Virus record (IMG/VR): IMGVR_UViG_3300021512_000005
Location: 9,040 to 73,039 of that record
DNA: 64,000 nucleotides
Reading direction: 5' to 3' (one strand)
Source of the DNA: a virus
Shown: positions 28,434 to 39,230 of the stretch, piece after piece
Layout of the letters: every line of letters begins with the position of its first letter
How positions within the stretch are numbered: position 1 is the stretch's first letter
Translations under genes and position numbers: made by a program
Notes under the pieces: model-generated
The model's input: the letters and a program-made list of their open reading frames with translations, nothing else
The model's database searches: none
Told to the model about the DNA's origin: nothing

Positions 28434-30051
28434 TATATAACCGTTTTAATTCATCTTCAAGAATTTTTTGTTGATTTTTATTCCATTTTTTAATTTCATT
28501 AATAGTTTTTTTTTCATTATCAATGACTGTTGGAATAAATGCATATCCAGATTCACCAGAAATTGCATTAACAGAAACTGCTTTATTATATGAATGTTCT
28601 AATTCAGTTTCCTTTGTTTCTGATTCTTCTGAACCAGGTTCTGGTTCTTCTGATCCATATTCTGGTTCTTCTGAACCAAATTCTGGTTCTCCTGGACCAC
28701 CCATTCCAGCCTGCATTATTTTTTGTTGCATTACTAATTGAGCAAATGGACTATTAAATTCTTTATCTTCATACTCTTTTTTACCTTCCCGTTTTCTAAT
28801 TTCATTTACTGTTATAGTTCCATCAGTAATTTGAATGTGATCTATATCAGTTTGAATTTTCTTATCTTGAAGATCAAGTGATGTATCAAATTTAAATTGT
28901 ATATCTTTAGAATAATATTTCCAAATAATTTCTCGATTAAAATAATTTTCTATAAGTGAAAGAATTACACGTACTCCATTTTGTTTGTAATTTTGTGATT
29001 GTGTAATTGCAGTAGCACGATTAATACGATCTGTAAAACCAAGCTCTGATGGTGCTATTTTAAATAATGCAAAAATTAATTTTTGAAAATATTCTGCTGA
29101 TTGGAGCCATTGCATATTTTGTGCTGATATCTGCAAAGGCATTACTTTTGTACCACCAGATGTTATAAGCCATTTACCAGTATTATTTTCACCTTTTAAT
29201 TGTTGTTTATATAATTGTGCTCTTTTTCTAAGTTCTTCTGGATCTGTAATATCATCATGTGATATCATACCAGAAATTGGAAAATTATTTTCATAATATT
29301 TTCTTTGTGCTGCTATACTTGCAGTAAGATAATCAGCAATATCTTTTATAATTTGCAATGGCGCTGTGCCATATAATGATCGGCTCTGTGGACGCATCAT
29401 AAGATAAATAATTTCATCTTTTTGAAATGGAATTGGTCTTGCTTGTACATTTGTAAAAGAATACTGCCAATAACGATAAATTTTACCGAATGGATCTGAA
29501 TCTGCAAGAAAACTTCGACCATCACGGCTCATCATTTCTATTGGTGGAATTTTATTATTTGGTTTTAATTCACCAGTTTCTTTATTATAACATTCTTCTG
29601 GAAAAACAAGAATTAATACTCCTGCATCATACATTAAGAGATCTGGAAGCATTCTTTTCATTGTTACTTGATAATCTTCCATCCATTTTCTGGAACTAAA
29701 AAAATCAATTGCATCATCTATTTTATTTTGTAAATCATTAGAAATATCTTCTTCTTCTTTTATTGGTATAATATTAAATTTTGTTTGTAATACTGAATCA
29801 ATAATATGTGATATTACCATTCGAACATAAACATTATTTTCATATTGTTCTAATTCCCCATAATCGATTCCAAGTCTTGGACGACCAAAAACAGGATTAA
29901 TATAAAAATCTCTGGTAAATGTGGCTTTATGAGTCGGATTTGGAGGATCTAAAATATATTGAACAGGAGCAACTTGAGATTGATAAACTGTTGTTGCCAT
30001 TAAAGACCCAAGTTGTGGGTTAATAAGATAATTATATCCATTATTTGCCAT
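28420..30051 (-). CDS. Portal protein
   Basis: 543 aa downstream of TerL; 'LYGTAPL', 'LKGENNTGK', 'FKIAPSELG', 'ITVNEIRKREG'. Confidence 0.88.
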   Translation of the reverse strand: MANNGYNYLINPQLGSLMATTVYQSQVAPVQYILDPPNPTHKATFTRDFYINPVFGRPRLGIDYGELEQYENNVYVRMVISHIIDSVLQTKFNIIPIKEEEDISNDLQNKIDDAIDFFSSRKWMEDYQVTMKRMLPDLLMYDAGVLILVFPEECYNKETGELKPNNKIPPIEMMSRDGRSFLADSDPFGKIYRYWQYSFTNVQARPIPFQKDEIIYLMMRPQSRSLYGTAPLQIIKDIADYLTASIAAQRKYYENNFPISGMISHDDITDPEELRKRAQLYKQQLKGENNTGKWLITSGGTKVMPLQISAQNMQWLQSAEYFQKLIFALFKIAPSELGFTDRINRATAITQSQNYKQNGVRVILSLIENYFNREIIWKYYSKDIQFKFDTSLDLQDKKIQTDIDHIQITDGTITVNEIRKREGKKEYEDKEFNSPFAQLVMQQKIMQAGMGGPGEPEFGSEEPEYGSEEPEPGSEESETKETELEHSYNKAVSVNAISGESGYAFIPTVIDNEKKTINEIKKWNKNQQKILEDELKRLYNDRD

Positions 30052-30058
30052 TTAAAAT

Positions 30059-30445
30059 TCACCTCTTTTCAATAACATCCAATTCATTCAATATAATTAC
30101 ATTTTTTTGTGTTGGATTATCGCCACAAACTTCTATTGAAAATCGTTCACCAGCAGCAATATTAACTGTAATTAGAGCTCGATTTACTCCATTTTCAATT
30201 TCATTTTTATCTCCGAATGGAAATATTTTTTCACCATTAACTAAAAATCTATAATATGCTTTAATATCTTTTTCCATTAAAAATTCAATTGCAACAATTG
30301 AAACTGGATAATCAAAAATTTTTTGAAAAATAGAAACAAAAGAAACACCATTTAAGGCACAAGAATTTTGATAAATCTTAAAATAGGTTGTATAACCAAA
30401 AAATAATCTTTTTAATCCAACCCAAATTTTTTCAATAATATTCAT
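30059..30445 (-). CDS. Hypothetical protein
   Basis: ORF between TerL and portal with GGAG RBS. Confidence 0.5.
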   Translation of the reverse strand: MNIIEKIWVGLKRLFFGYTTYFKIYQNSCALNGVSFVSIFQKIFDYPVSIVAIEFLMEKDIKAYYRFLVNGEKIFPFGDKNEIENGVNRALITVNIAAGERFSIEVCGDNPTQKNVIILNELDVIEKR

Positions 30446-30720
30446 TTTATTTATAACTCCGTTTATCTATCTTTTTCTATTTATTTTTCTCTTTAATTTT
30501 TTTAAAATTTTTGGATCTATTTCGAGTTTTTCAAAATCTAAATCACGACGATCAATATTAATTTTATGTGGAGATTTTATTTCTACTTCAATCATATTTA
30601 TAACCTTTTTAAGGATAATTTTTTAGAGATATTTTATATGCACATTGGCTGTATCCAATTGGACCTGACTCTATTTTTATCCTTCAATATATAATTATTA
30701 TTAATTAAGAAAATTGTACT

Positions 30721-32076
30721 TTATATTGAAATAATAATTGGATCAATTACTTGGGTTTTAAAACCATTTATTGCATATCCAAGAGCATCTACCATATCAT
30801 CGTGAACAGAATCGGGGAAAAGAAGCAACTCATCAATTAAATCTTGTTGATATTTTTTATGAAAAAATAAATTTCCATTTTCAATCCAAGGTGAAAAAGC
30901 CATTGCACGAGATATTTTATCGCCTACTGGTTTAATTCCCTTTATTGGTAACCCACCAATAGATTGTAATTCCTGAATTAGAGCTTTCTGGTAAGCTACA
31001 TCTTCAATTAAAATCTTTTGTGGATTCCATATTTCATTCATTTCAATAATTTTCTCTTTTTGTTGTGTAAAAGTCCAATGACCTCTTTTTATATCAAGAA
31101 TATATAATTTATTATCTTCACCTTTACCAACAACACATAATACTGAAAAATCAGCAGAATCTTTTTGAGATATAGCAGGATCTACACCTATATGAATTTT
31201 TTTTATTTTTATAGATTTATTATCTCGATTTATAATAATTTCATCTTTTTTTAATAATGAATCATAAAATTTAAAAAATTCATATTTAAATATATTTCCT
31301 TCTTGAAGTAAACTAACATCATTCATATATTGAAGATTCCATATAATAGATCCTAATTCTTCTCTTTTTTGTTCTAATTTTTTTAATGGATAGAGCCATT
31401 CACACAAACCTTTTCCAGTTTCAGGATCGATTGCCGGCATTTTAAGCACAGAATACTTTAAATCATCAATAAGAAACTGATAGAGGTCCGATGGATGGTA
31501 CCTTGTGCCTAAGACTCCTATTTTAGAATTAGCAAGCGGAACGGGCATTAAACTGGTTTTATACCAATCTAAATCCTTTTCACGTTGTGATTGTGAACGA
31601 GCTGAAGCAAAAGAAACAAGATCATCGAGATATAAATGAGTTGAATGGAGTCCTGTGATTTGTCCAGAACCAGAACCGACAGACATAAGAGTTGGTTCTG
31701 TATGATGTTCAGTCCTTGAACTTAATTCAATCTCATGATCAGACCAAGGAATTCCTTTTAAACTTCCATAATATTTTTTAATAATTGGATTATATTCAAT
31801 TGTATTTCTAATAGATCGAAGAAATACCATTGCTTTTTTATCTGATTCTGAAGCTAATATTACACGTAAATTTGGATCATTGACAATTAACCAAGTAATA
31901 TAACCTTGGAGCATTTTAGACTTCCCATGACCTCTTGGAAGTAAAACTAAAGCATTTTTGGCATTTTCAAGATGATCTATGATCTTTCCATGAATTCCAT
32001 CAGTCCTATAACCATATATTTTATTAATAAAATAATGTGGACTATATTTTAATAACTGTTTAACTGGTATCTCCAT
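30721..32076 (-). CDS. terL: Terminase large subunit
   Basis: Walker A 'PRGHGKS', Walker B 'LYLDD', RNase H-like 'GVDPA', 'HDDMVDAL'. Confidence 0.92.
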   Translation of the reverse strand: MEIPVKQLLKYSPHYFINKIYGYRTDGIHGKIIDHLENAKNALVLLPRGHGKSKMLQGYITWLIVNDPNLRVILASESDKKAMVFLRSIRNTIEYNPIIKKYYGSLKGIPWSDHEIELSSRTEHHTEPTLMSVGSGSGQITGLHSTHLYLDDLVSFASARSQSQREKDLDWYKTSLMPVPLANSKIGVLGTRYHPSDLYQFLIDDLKYSVLKMPAIDPETGKGLCEWLYPLKKLEQKREELGSIIWNLQYMNDVSLLQEGNIFKYEFFKFYDSLLKKDEIIINRDNKSIKIKKIHIGVDPAISQKDSADFSVLCVVGKGEDNKLYILDIKRGHWTFTQQKEKIIEMNEIWNPQKILIEDVAYQKALIQELQSIGGLPIKGIKPVGDKISRAMAFSPWIENGNLFFHKKYQQDLIDELLLFPDSVHDDMVDALGYAINGFKTQVIDPIIISI

Positions 32077-32581
32077 TTGTAATTTCTTTTCCTAATTTTT
32101 TAAGTAATTCTGGATCTATTTCCTCAACTTCAATCTTCATATCAGTCTCATTTTTAATAATTTCTGATGGTTGATTAGTTAAAAGCATTTCAAGCTTTGT
32201 AGCTTTATCAATTAAAGAAATACAATCTTTTAATGACATTTCATCAATTTCGTCTTCTGATTTTAATATTTTTTGAATTTTCTTTTGACCTAAAATTGCC
32301 ATTACTTTTGCTAATTTTTTCTGTTTAATTCGAATAAATTGCATTTCTTCATTGGCTTTTAACTCATCTTGTTCAAATAAATATCGATCATACGCATTGG
32401 CTCTTGATTCCCAATCATTAACGAATTTCATCCGATATATACTACTTTTTAAATCTTTATATTGTAAAAATTCAAGCATTGTATATATTGATCGAGATGG
32501 TCCTAAAGAAACATAATCAAGAAATATTTCATAATCTTCATCGCTTTCATTTTCTAATTGTTCCCAAGCTTTTTTTACCAT
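32060..32581 (-). CDS. Terminase small subunit
   Basis: 'ESDEDYEIFLDY..LGPSRS', 'WESRANAYD'; overlaps the terL start. Confidence 0.7.
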   Translation of the reverse strand: MVKKAWEQLENESDEDYEIFLDYVSLGPSRSIYTMLEFLQYKDLKSSIYRMKFVNDWESRANAYDRYLFEQDELKANEEMQFIRIKQKKLAKVMAILGQKKIQKILKSEDEIDEMSLKDCISLIDKATKLEMLLTNQPSEIIKNETDMKIEVEEIDPELLKKLGKEITNGDTS

Positions 32582-32785
32582 TTTTATAAATTCTCCTTTT
32601 TATATTCTATATTATAATTTTTTAATACCTTTATAGCAAAATTAAGTAGTTTTAAACATTTATTTGGATGAATTAACATATAAAAATAACTCTTCCAAAA
32701 TTTTTTAAAACATTTACTATTTTCCCATAATTTTTTTATTATTATTTTTGTCATTTAAATCATTATCCTCAATATATAATTATTA

Positions 32786-33187
32786 TTAATAAAGATTCAA
32801 TCGCCTCTTTTCTTTCTCTAATTTTTTAAGTTCCTCTTCCCAATTTTTAGATGCATGAGGCCCTAAATAACCTGTTCCAACTCTTGATTGCTTATTATAT
32901 TTATTATAAATCTGCCATTGTGATGAATGGTCCCTATAGTACTCTTGAGCACGCATTTTACATTCTTCTTGATGTCTTAAATAATATAATTGTGCAACTG
33001 CTTTCTGTCTTTCTTTATTTTCATTATAATACTTTGAATTATATTTTTTTACTTTATCTTTATTATTTTTATACCATTTTTTGGCATTATTTAATTTTCC
33101 GATTTCGCGACATTCGTCAGAACAATATTTGAGAGCAGAAGTTTTTATTTCTGCTCCACAAATAACACAATATCTTGTTTTTGGCAT
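32786..33187 (-). CDS. Zinc-finger protein (CxxC...YCSxxC) with basic helical repeats
   Basis: Likely start MPKTRYCVICG at 33187. Confidence 0.55.
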   Translation of the reverse strand: MPKTRYCVICGAEIKTSALKYCSDECREIGKLNNAKKWYKNNKDKVKKYNSKYYNENKERQKAVAQLYYLRHQEECKMRAQEYYRDHSSQWQIYNKYNKQSRVGTGYLGPHASKNWEEELKKLEKEKRRLNLY

Positions 33188-33189
33188 AA

Positions 33190-33384
33190 TTAAACCCTTC
33201 TGACCAGTCCACATCCACCGCAAATAAATTCACCAGTAGTCTCATCATAAAAAAATGAGGCTTCTTTTCTTCCATTTCTACCAATTTTCCGTTTGTATCC
33301 GCACTTACACAAAATAGGAACACTTGGTTCCTCAATTCCAATATCCCAAAGACTTCTTCCATTTGATGTATTATTGTTTGTCAT
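33190..33384 (-). CDS. Stand-alone TFIIB/TFB-type zinc ribbon protein
   Basis: 'CKCG...FYDETTGEFICGGCGLV' matches the TFB N-terminal ribbon consensus YDxxxGExxCxxCGLV. Confidence 0.6.
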   Translation of the reverse strand: MTNNNTSNGRSLWDIGIEEPSVPILCKCGYKRKIGRNGRKEASFFYDETTGEFICGGCGLVRRV

Positions 33385-33431
33385 TTTTAATTCATCTCCT
33401 TTTGTTATAATTAATTATTAGTTCTAATACC

Positions 33432-34685
33432 TTATAAATCTTTCCTTGTTACTCGATTTATAACTCTTTTTACAAGTTCATTAAATTGTTCACGTACTTT
33501 TAGCCCTCCAGACCACGATCTTTGATTCTTAAGAGCATTAACAATTGAATCTTCACTTTTTGCCTTTTGGAAATAAATATAATCTTCTTTATTACCTTCT
33601 TCTTTAACAATAGGTAATATTTCATTCTTTTTATCATTTATTTTTTGGTTTCGGAGATTTTGCAATCTTCTTATTTCTTCATCAATTTCTTTTAATTCAT
33701 CTTTAAGAAGTTTTTCAGCTACTTGTTTTGCAACTTGGTCTTTATTTGGCTGTATATTTTGATATCTGGCTTCTACAAGATTATTATATGTGATTCCAGT
33801 CCGTTTTAAAGCATCCCATATAAGAGGATAATAAAACGAAAACGGATTCGCTTCAACCTCAGCCCCAAGATAACGACCAGTTTTGGGGTCTTTAACCAGA
33901 TTTTCAGCCATCCATTCTGCCTTTGGACGATTTTTATTATCTTGTTTTACTTCATATAATGCATCTTTTACATTTCGTCTCTTTTCAGGTATTTGGCTCA
34001 TACAAATACCCACACGTGCCGATTTTACATATTTAGCATAATGAATCATTTGTTTTTTAAATCCTTCTGCTATCGGCAATCTTCCATCATAATCCTCATC
34101 TGTGAGAATTAGCGTACGAAGAGGTGTGTTTTCTGTTATTTTTCCTTCGAAATAATGTTTATATATATATTCCGAAGTACTAAAATTAGGCCGACCAGAT
34201 CCCTGTACTAATGCTTTAATTCCCAAAATTTCACACGATCGCTTAAATTTAGGAAATTCGGAACTTTTTTCAACAAATAATACAGCATTAAGATTTTTAA
34301 TGTGTGATTCATCAAATTCGGCACAATAGGCAGCATCTTCTACTGCAAAATCTGAATATTGATATCCTTCACGAACAAGCGCTGAAAGACCCGTAGAAAG
34401 TAACATGTTGGCTTTATCTAAGTCAACATTACCTTTCATAACATTCTGGGCATACTGTTTAAATGATCTGTACCATAGAACTCTTAAAGAACCTATTTCT
34501 TTCTTATGTGTCTTTAAAAGTTCTGCTTCTGCAATTCCCCAACTTTTACCCATATTAGTCCAGGACCATCCCTTCACTGTCTTAATATCAATATGTTGTG
34601 CAATAACTTCCATTGCATTTTTATTTTCCGGAATTGGTTTCCCATAAACTTTTTTACATTCTTTTACAAAATCTTGTGCTTTCAT
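33432..34685 (-). CDS. Toprim-domain protein, Topo VIA/Spo11-like
   Basis: 'LRVLWY', 'LFVEKS', 'GSGRP', 'LTDEDYDG' (Toprim E and DxD). Confidence 0.6.
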   Translation of the reverse strand: MKAQDFVKECKKVYGKPIPENKNAMEVIAQHIDIKTVKGWSWTNMGKSWGIAEAELLKTHKKEIGSLRVLWYRSFKQYAQNVMKGNVDLDKANMLLSTGLSALVREGYQYSDFAVEDAAYCAEFDESHIKNLNAVLFVEKSSEFPKFKRSCEILGIKALVQGSGRPNFSTSEYIYKHYFEGKITENTPLRTLILTDEDYDGRLPIAEGFKKQMIHYAKYVKSARVGICMSQIPEKRRNVKDALYEVKQDNKNRPKAEWMAENLVKDPKTGRYLGAEVEANPFSFYYPLIWDALKRTGITYNNLVEARYQNIQPNKDQVAKQVAEKLLKDELKEIDEEIRRLQNLRNQKINDKKNEILPIVKEEGNKEDYIYFQKAKSEDSIVNALKNQRSWSGGLKVREQFNELVKRVINRVTRKDL

Positions 34686-34941
34686 TTTGAATCACCTTTA
34701 TATTCTCTTTTATATGTTTCATATCCATCTTTTTCAGTAAAAACTTGGTAAGATGGATCAAGAACATATCCAAACTCATCAATCATTACTTCAAAATCTT
34801 CTTTACTCATCATCATTATCATCTCTTATTTTATATCTGCATCCATTACATCCATTTAAGAATTTTATCATTGGCGACATTTGACGTTCATTACATAATC
34901 TCATAATTCCTTTTTTAATACACATCATTTTTATTCATCTC

Positions 34942-35334
34942 CTATACATAAGACATATCACAAGTTTCATTACAAGAAACCTGGGTTTGTGCAAACTGTT
35001 CAGCGACTTCATTAATTGATTTAATTGTCTCTATAGCCTTTCCGGCCACTTTTGCCGCTTCCAGGAAATAAACACGTCCTGGAAGTTCATGAATAGTCCC
35101 AAAACTATCTTGTTTATGAGTTGCATTATACAACTCAGTCATTAATTGACCCATCGACATCATTGATTGACCAAGATTAATTGATTCAATCACAATTCGT
35201 GCTTGTTCACGAACTATTTCTGAATATTGATCTCTATGTGACATTACATAACGATAATCTCGCACATTATCATCTGTAATTTCAAATTCATTTTTTAGTT
35301 CATCATATATATCATTTAGATCCATTTTAATCAC
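34942..35334 (-). CDS. Hypothetical early protein
   Basis: ORF directly downstream of a BRE-TATA repeat; GGTGA RBS. Confidence 0.5.
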   Translation of the reverse strand: MIKMDLNDIYDELKNEFEITDDNVRDYRYVMSHRDQYSEIVREQARIVIESINLGQSMMSMGQLMTELYNATHKQDSFGTIHELPGRVYFLEAAKVAGKAIETIKSINEVAEQFAQTQVSCNETCDMSYV

Positions 35335-35695
35335 CTTTGATTTTTACAATATAACATTGAACTTAATACCTTATAAAGCTTTCTCTTTTCAACTTTTAAA
35401 GTTTTAATATCCAATTATCTTATTATTATTCCAATAATTATACCCATAGTAAATGTAACAAATTCCATTAATACTATTGGTATAATTATATCATTTATAT
35501 CACTTGTATCCATTTTAATCACCTTTAATTACTTCACCTTTTAATAATTCAACTTTTATTAATGTCTGAATCCTATTTCTAATATCAGTCCATTCCTCAT
35601 CTGGATTATAGGCACTTATTACATCTGCAAGCTGTGATATAGCAGTATAAGCCGGATCACGTTGAATAATTTTATTCATTTCTTTTAAATTCATT

Positions 35696-35923
35696 TTAAT
35701 CATCTCCGGAATGGATTAAAAGGTGGCAAGTTGTGCAAACTTCCACAATTGCCTCCTTATCATACCTTTCACTATTATAATACAAATGATGTATTTCAGT
35801 CTTTTGCCCATATATACCGCCGCAGATTTCACAAACATGTGTTTTATGATAATGTTTGCGATCTCTGCGTCTTATTTTCTCTTTCAATCGTCTCATTGGA
35901 CTTTGGCTGTGATTTCTGGTCAT
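35696..35923 (-). CDS. Small HNH-like protein
   Basis: CxxC...EIHH...CxxCH..IH. Confidence 0.6.
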   Translation of the reverse strand: MTRNHSQSPMRRLKEKIRRRDRKHYHKTHVCEICGGIYGQKTEIHHLYYNSERYDKEAIVEVCTTCHLLIHSGDD

Positions 35924-36052
35924 ATTGTTTAACTCCTTTTTAAGTTGTACAATATAACATTGATCTTAATACCTTATAAATCTTTCCTTCTTAAACTTTT
36001 AAAGTTTTAATCGTCTTATTGGACTTTGGCTATGATTTTTGGTCATTTTTAT

Positions 36053-36238
36053 TTATCTTATTAATATTATAGCGAATAATAATAATATGGCACCAATAAT
36101 CATTGATATCCAAATAGGGAATAAAACCCATATCCACGACCAATTAATATATCCTGTCAATTTTAATCCAATAAATAATATTGTCAATAGTCCAGTAAAT
36201 CCGATTCCATCATTGTTTGTTTGGGTCATCTTATTCAA
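36053..36238 (-). CDS. Small membrane protein
   Basis: 'GIGFTGLLTILFIGLKLTGYINWSWIWV.FPIW', a common phage TM peptide pattern. Confidence 0.55.
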   Translation of the reverse strand: MNKMTQTNNDGIGFTGLLTILFIGLKLTGYINWSWIWVLFPIWISMIIGAILLLFAIILIR

Positions 36239-36929
36239 CTCCTTTTTAAATTATACAATATAACATTGATCTTAATACCTTATAAAGCTTTTCTTCTTAA
36301 ACTTTTAAATTTCAATCACACCATCCGCCACCATTCCTGGCTCTCTCATTCCAAATAATTGACATAAAACACATGAAAGAGTCGGATATTTTTCAATATC
36401 CCATTTATCTGGATAATTTATTTTTTTAGCAATATATTTTTCTGATTTCATAACTTATACCATCATACCAATAATTATACCAATAAAAAATGATATTGAC
36501 ACTATTAATATGTCTATAATATCAAATTCATTTTTTAATTCATCATATATAGCATTTAGATCCATTTTAATCATACCATCATACCAATAATTATACCAAT
36601 AGAAAATGAAATTAATTCCATTAATATTATTGGTACAATTATATCTCTTTGACTTTTATTATAACCAGCACTAAAACCTTCACTATAACCAATTATTTCT
36701 GCAATTTCTGAATTCATTTTTAATCAATCTCCTTATAAATATTTTCAATTATTTCAGGAATATTTTTTAAATAATTTGAAATTTCTTCCAATTTATTTAA
36801 ATCAATATCATTTTCTTTTGATTCTTGTCTCATATATCTAATTTCTTGCATTATATAATATAATTCAATTTCATCATTTAATATATTTTTACGGAATTCT
36901 ATTAATCTATTTTTTATATTTTTCATTTA

Positions 36930-37358
36930 TCAAATCCTCCTTATTTTATCAAATATATTTTGTTTTGCCCAATCTTTTGGACAACCGTCACTTACCCATG
37001 TCCAAAAAATTAATTTTTTATTTATTTCTTGTATTATATTAATTGAACAAATTTCATTCATAATATTATCATATTTTATATTAACCTTATTAATTATAAA
37101 TCGATTAAATTGTTCTGGTTCAACAAAAACATCAGTAATAAATTTATTATTAAATAATTCACTATAAATAGCATTATCTTTATCAATTGATATTATTATA
37201 TTTTTTTGTTTAATTCCTGGAATTTTACGATTAATTATAAAATTTTTTGTAATATTGTATTCAAATTTAATTTGTTCAATTTCTTTATTAGTTAATATTT
37301 TATCTTTTACATTTACTACATATCCAATATGTGATTTAAAATTAATTTTATAATCCAT
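36930..37358 (-). CDS. Hypothetical protein
   Basis: 142-aa ORF in the early region. Confidence 0.45.
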   Translation of the reverse strand: MDYKINFKSHIGYVVNVKDKILTNKEIEQIKFEYNITKNFIINRKIPGIKQKNIIISIDKDNAIYSELFNNKFITDVFVEPEQFNRFIINKVNIKYDNIMNEICSINIIQEINKKLIFWTWVSDGCPKDWAKQNIFDKIRRI

Positions 37359-38180
37359 ATTTATATACCTCTATCTTTTCATTATTATACGTTTTCCTTT
37401 TCCTTTTCCCGATAGTTGAACTAACGGTGGAATATATTCAATATCTTTTTCTCTTTTCATTGTTGGAATTTTATCTAAATCTGGTTTTTCAAGATCAAGA
37501 TAAAATATAATATCATCTTTTAATTCTTTTAATTCATATTTTATTTTATTTATTATTTTCATTGTTGATTCATCTCCTTTTTCAAAAAATCATAATTTTT
37601 TAATGCTTTAAATAATCGTGGTCGAATATATTTAACTTTAATTTCTTCAGCATCTTTTAATTCATTTAAATAATAAATTATAAGTTTTTTAAGATATTTT
37701 ATTCTTTTTTCACAATTATTGTTTGTCATTGTTGATTCATTTCCTATTTTTCTAAAACCCATTTTAAAATACTTTGTTCATTCATTAACCGTTTTATTAT
37801 ATTACGATTAAATTGTGAATTATTGGCTAATCTTCTATCTATTTCTTGATTTATTTCTTTAATTCTATTTTCAATTTCATATTTATTTTTCATTTTTGAT
37901 TCATCTCCTTATTATAATATAAAAATAGGAAAATTAATATATTTCCCTATTTTATACATTATGCATATATTCATCTTCAAAGTCTATAGTCTGCCTTATA
38001 CTCCAATCTGCGTAATCTAACTCTTTGTCTGCAGATATAGTGGCTTTTAATCCATCATCTGGTTCATATTCAGGTTCTGTATACAATTGTTTATCATTTG
38101 TCATGTTGTTCATCTCCTTATTAGATAATATTATATTAAACTTAATACCTTATAAAGCTTTCCTTCTTAAACTTTTAAAG

Positions 38181-38591
38181 TTACAAGATTCTAATAATTC
38201 TACCTTCTTTCCTTATATTGCCTTTATATCCTATTTCAGGTATAGAATATCCATGTAATAATTTTAATAAAATTAATGCTGTTGAAAAATTTAAATACCA
38301 TCTATTATAAATATATGGAAAATTTATAGATAATTTATCAAATACCCAAAAAGGAATATAAGATAAATTAATAATTTGATTATTATTTGTTATTACTCTA
38401 TAACAACCTTCTACAGCATTAATTGGACATTTTTTATATTCTTGAATATTATAAATATCTAAATTATTAATATTTATAAGATTCTTTAATTTCCATTTAT
38501 TAAAATAATTATCAGTTCCATATAAATCTTCCCAAAAATTCAATGGTTTTACCATTGCCATATCTGGATAAAAATATAAATCTTGTGTCAT
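38181..38591 (-). CDS. Hypothetical protein
   Basis: 136-aa ORF in the early region. Confidence 0.45.
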   Translation of the reverse strand: MTQDLYFYPDMAMVKPLNFWEDLYGTDNYFNKWKLKNLININNLDIYNIQEYKKCPINAVEGCYRVITNNNQIINLSYIPFWVFDKLSINFPYIYNRWYLNFSTALILLKLLHGYSIPEIGYKGNIRKEGRIIRIL

Positions 38592-38592
38592 T

Positions 38593-38847
38593 TTATTTAT
38601 TCTCTTTTTTATATAATTCTTTCATTTCTTGAATCATTTTTTCCTTATTATAAAAAGGACATTTCCCTGTTTCGAACCATTCACACCCATCGGGGTAATC
38701 ACAAGTATTAGCACCCTCAATGTCCCATCCATGCATCCTGGCACAATCCTCGTGATTATATCGACCAGGATATCCACAATCATTTCTATTTGGACTATTA
38801 TATCCAAATATGCCTCTTAATACAGTATCACAACTATTATTTGCCAT
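38593..38847 (-). CDS. Cys-rich hypothetical protein
   Basis: Preceded by the AGGAGATGAATCA repeat; locally higher GC. Confidence 0.45.
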   Translation of the reverse strand: MANNSCDTVLRGIFGYNSPNRNDCGYPGRYNHEDCARMHGWDIEGANTCDYPDGCEWFETGKCPFYNKEKMIQEMKELYKKENK

Positions 38848-38894
38848 TTTTGATTCATCTCCTTGTTATATAATTATTATAAATAATAGAAGAG

Positions 38895-39230
38895 TTAATA
38901 TACTCTCCCATCCACATATACATAACCAGTACATGTCATAAAGACTTTATGTACACCATTTTTTAAGCGAATTGATCCACACTCATAATCGTGGTCTTCA
39001 TCCATGCGTGCTGCATTTCTGCATATATCATCCCATGATGCACTCCATGTAATATCATACGCATCTACAGCATCCATACAACCAAATACTGCTCCTTTTC
39101 CTGTAATGTAGATAGGCTTCCCAGATGGTACTTCTACATCATACGCGTTTGGAATAGCTGATTCTGAATATCTGTTCTTTATATCTGTTTTATATTTGTT
39201 GTTTATCATTATGTTCATCTCCTTATACAT
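38895..39230 (-). CDS. Hypothetical protein
   Basis: Early cassette; locally higher GC. Confidence 0.45.
   Translation of the reverse strand: MYKEMNIMINNKYKTDIKNRYSESAIPNAYDVEVPSGKPIYITGKGAVFGCMDAVDAYDITWSASWDDICRNAARMDEDHDYECGSIRLKNGVHKVFMTCTGYVYVDGRVY

Larger units (their letters stand above)
3544..32790 (-). promoter_or_regulatory. Repeated putative late-promoter motif AATAATTAT(A/T)TATTGAGG (near 3544, 5146, 16547, 21739, 22801, 30681, 32767)
   Basis: The same motif precedes gene starts in the morphogenesis module (with variants at 3544, 5146 and 30681). Confidence 0.6.
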
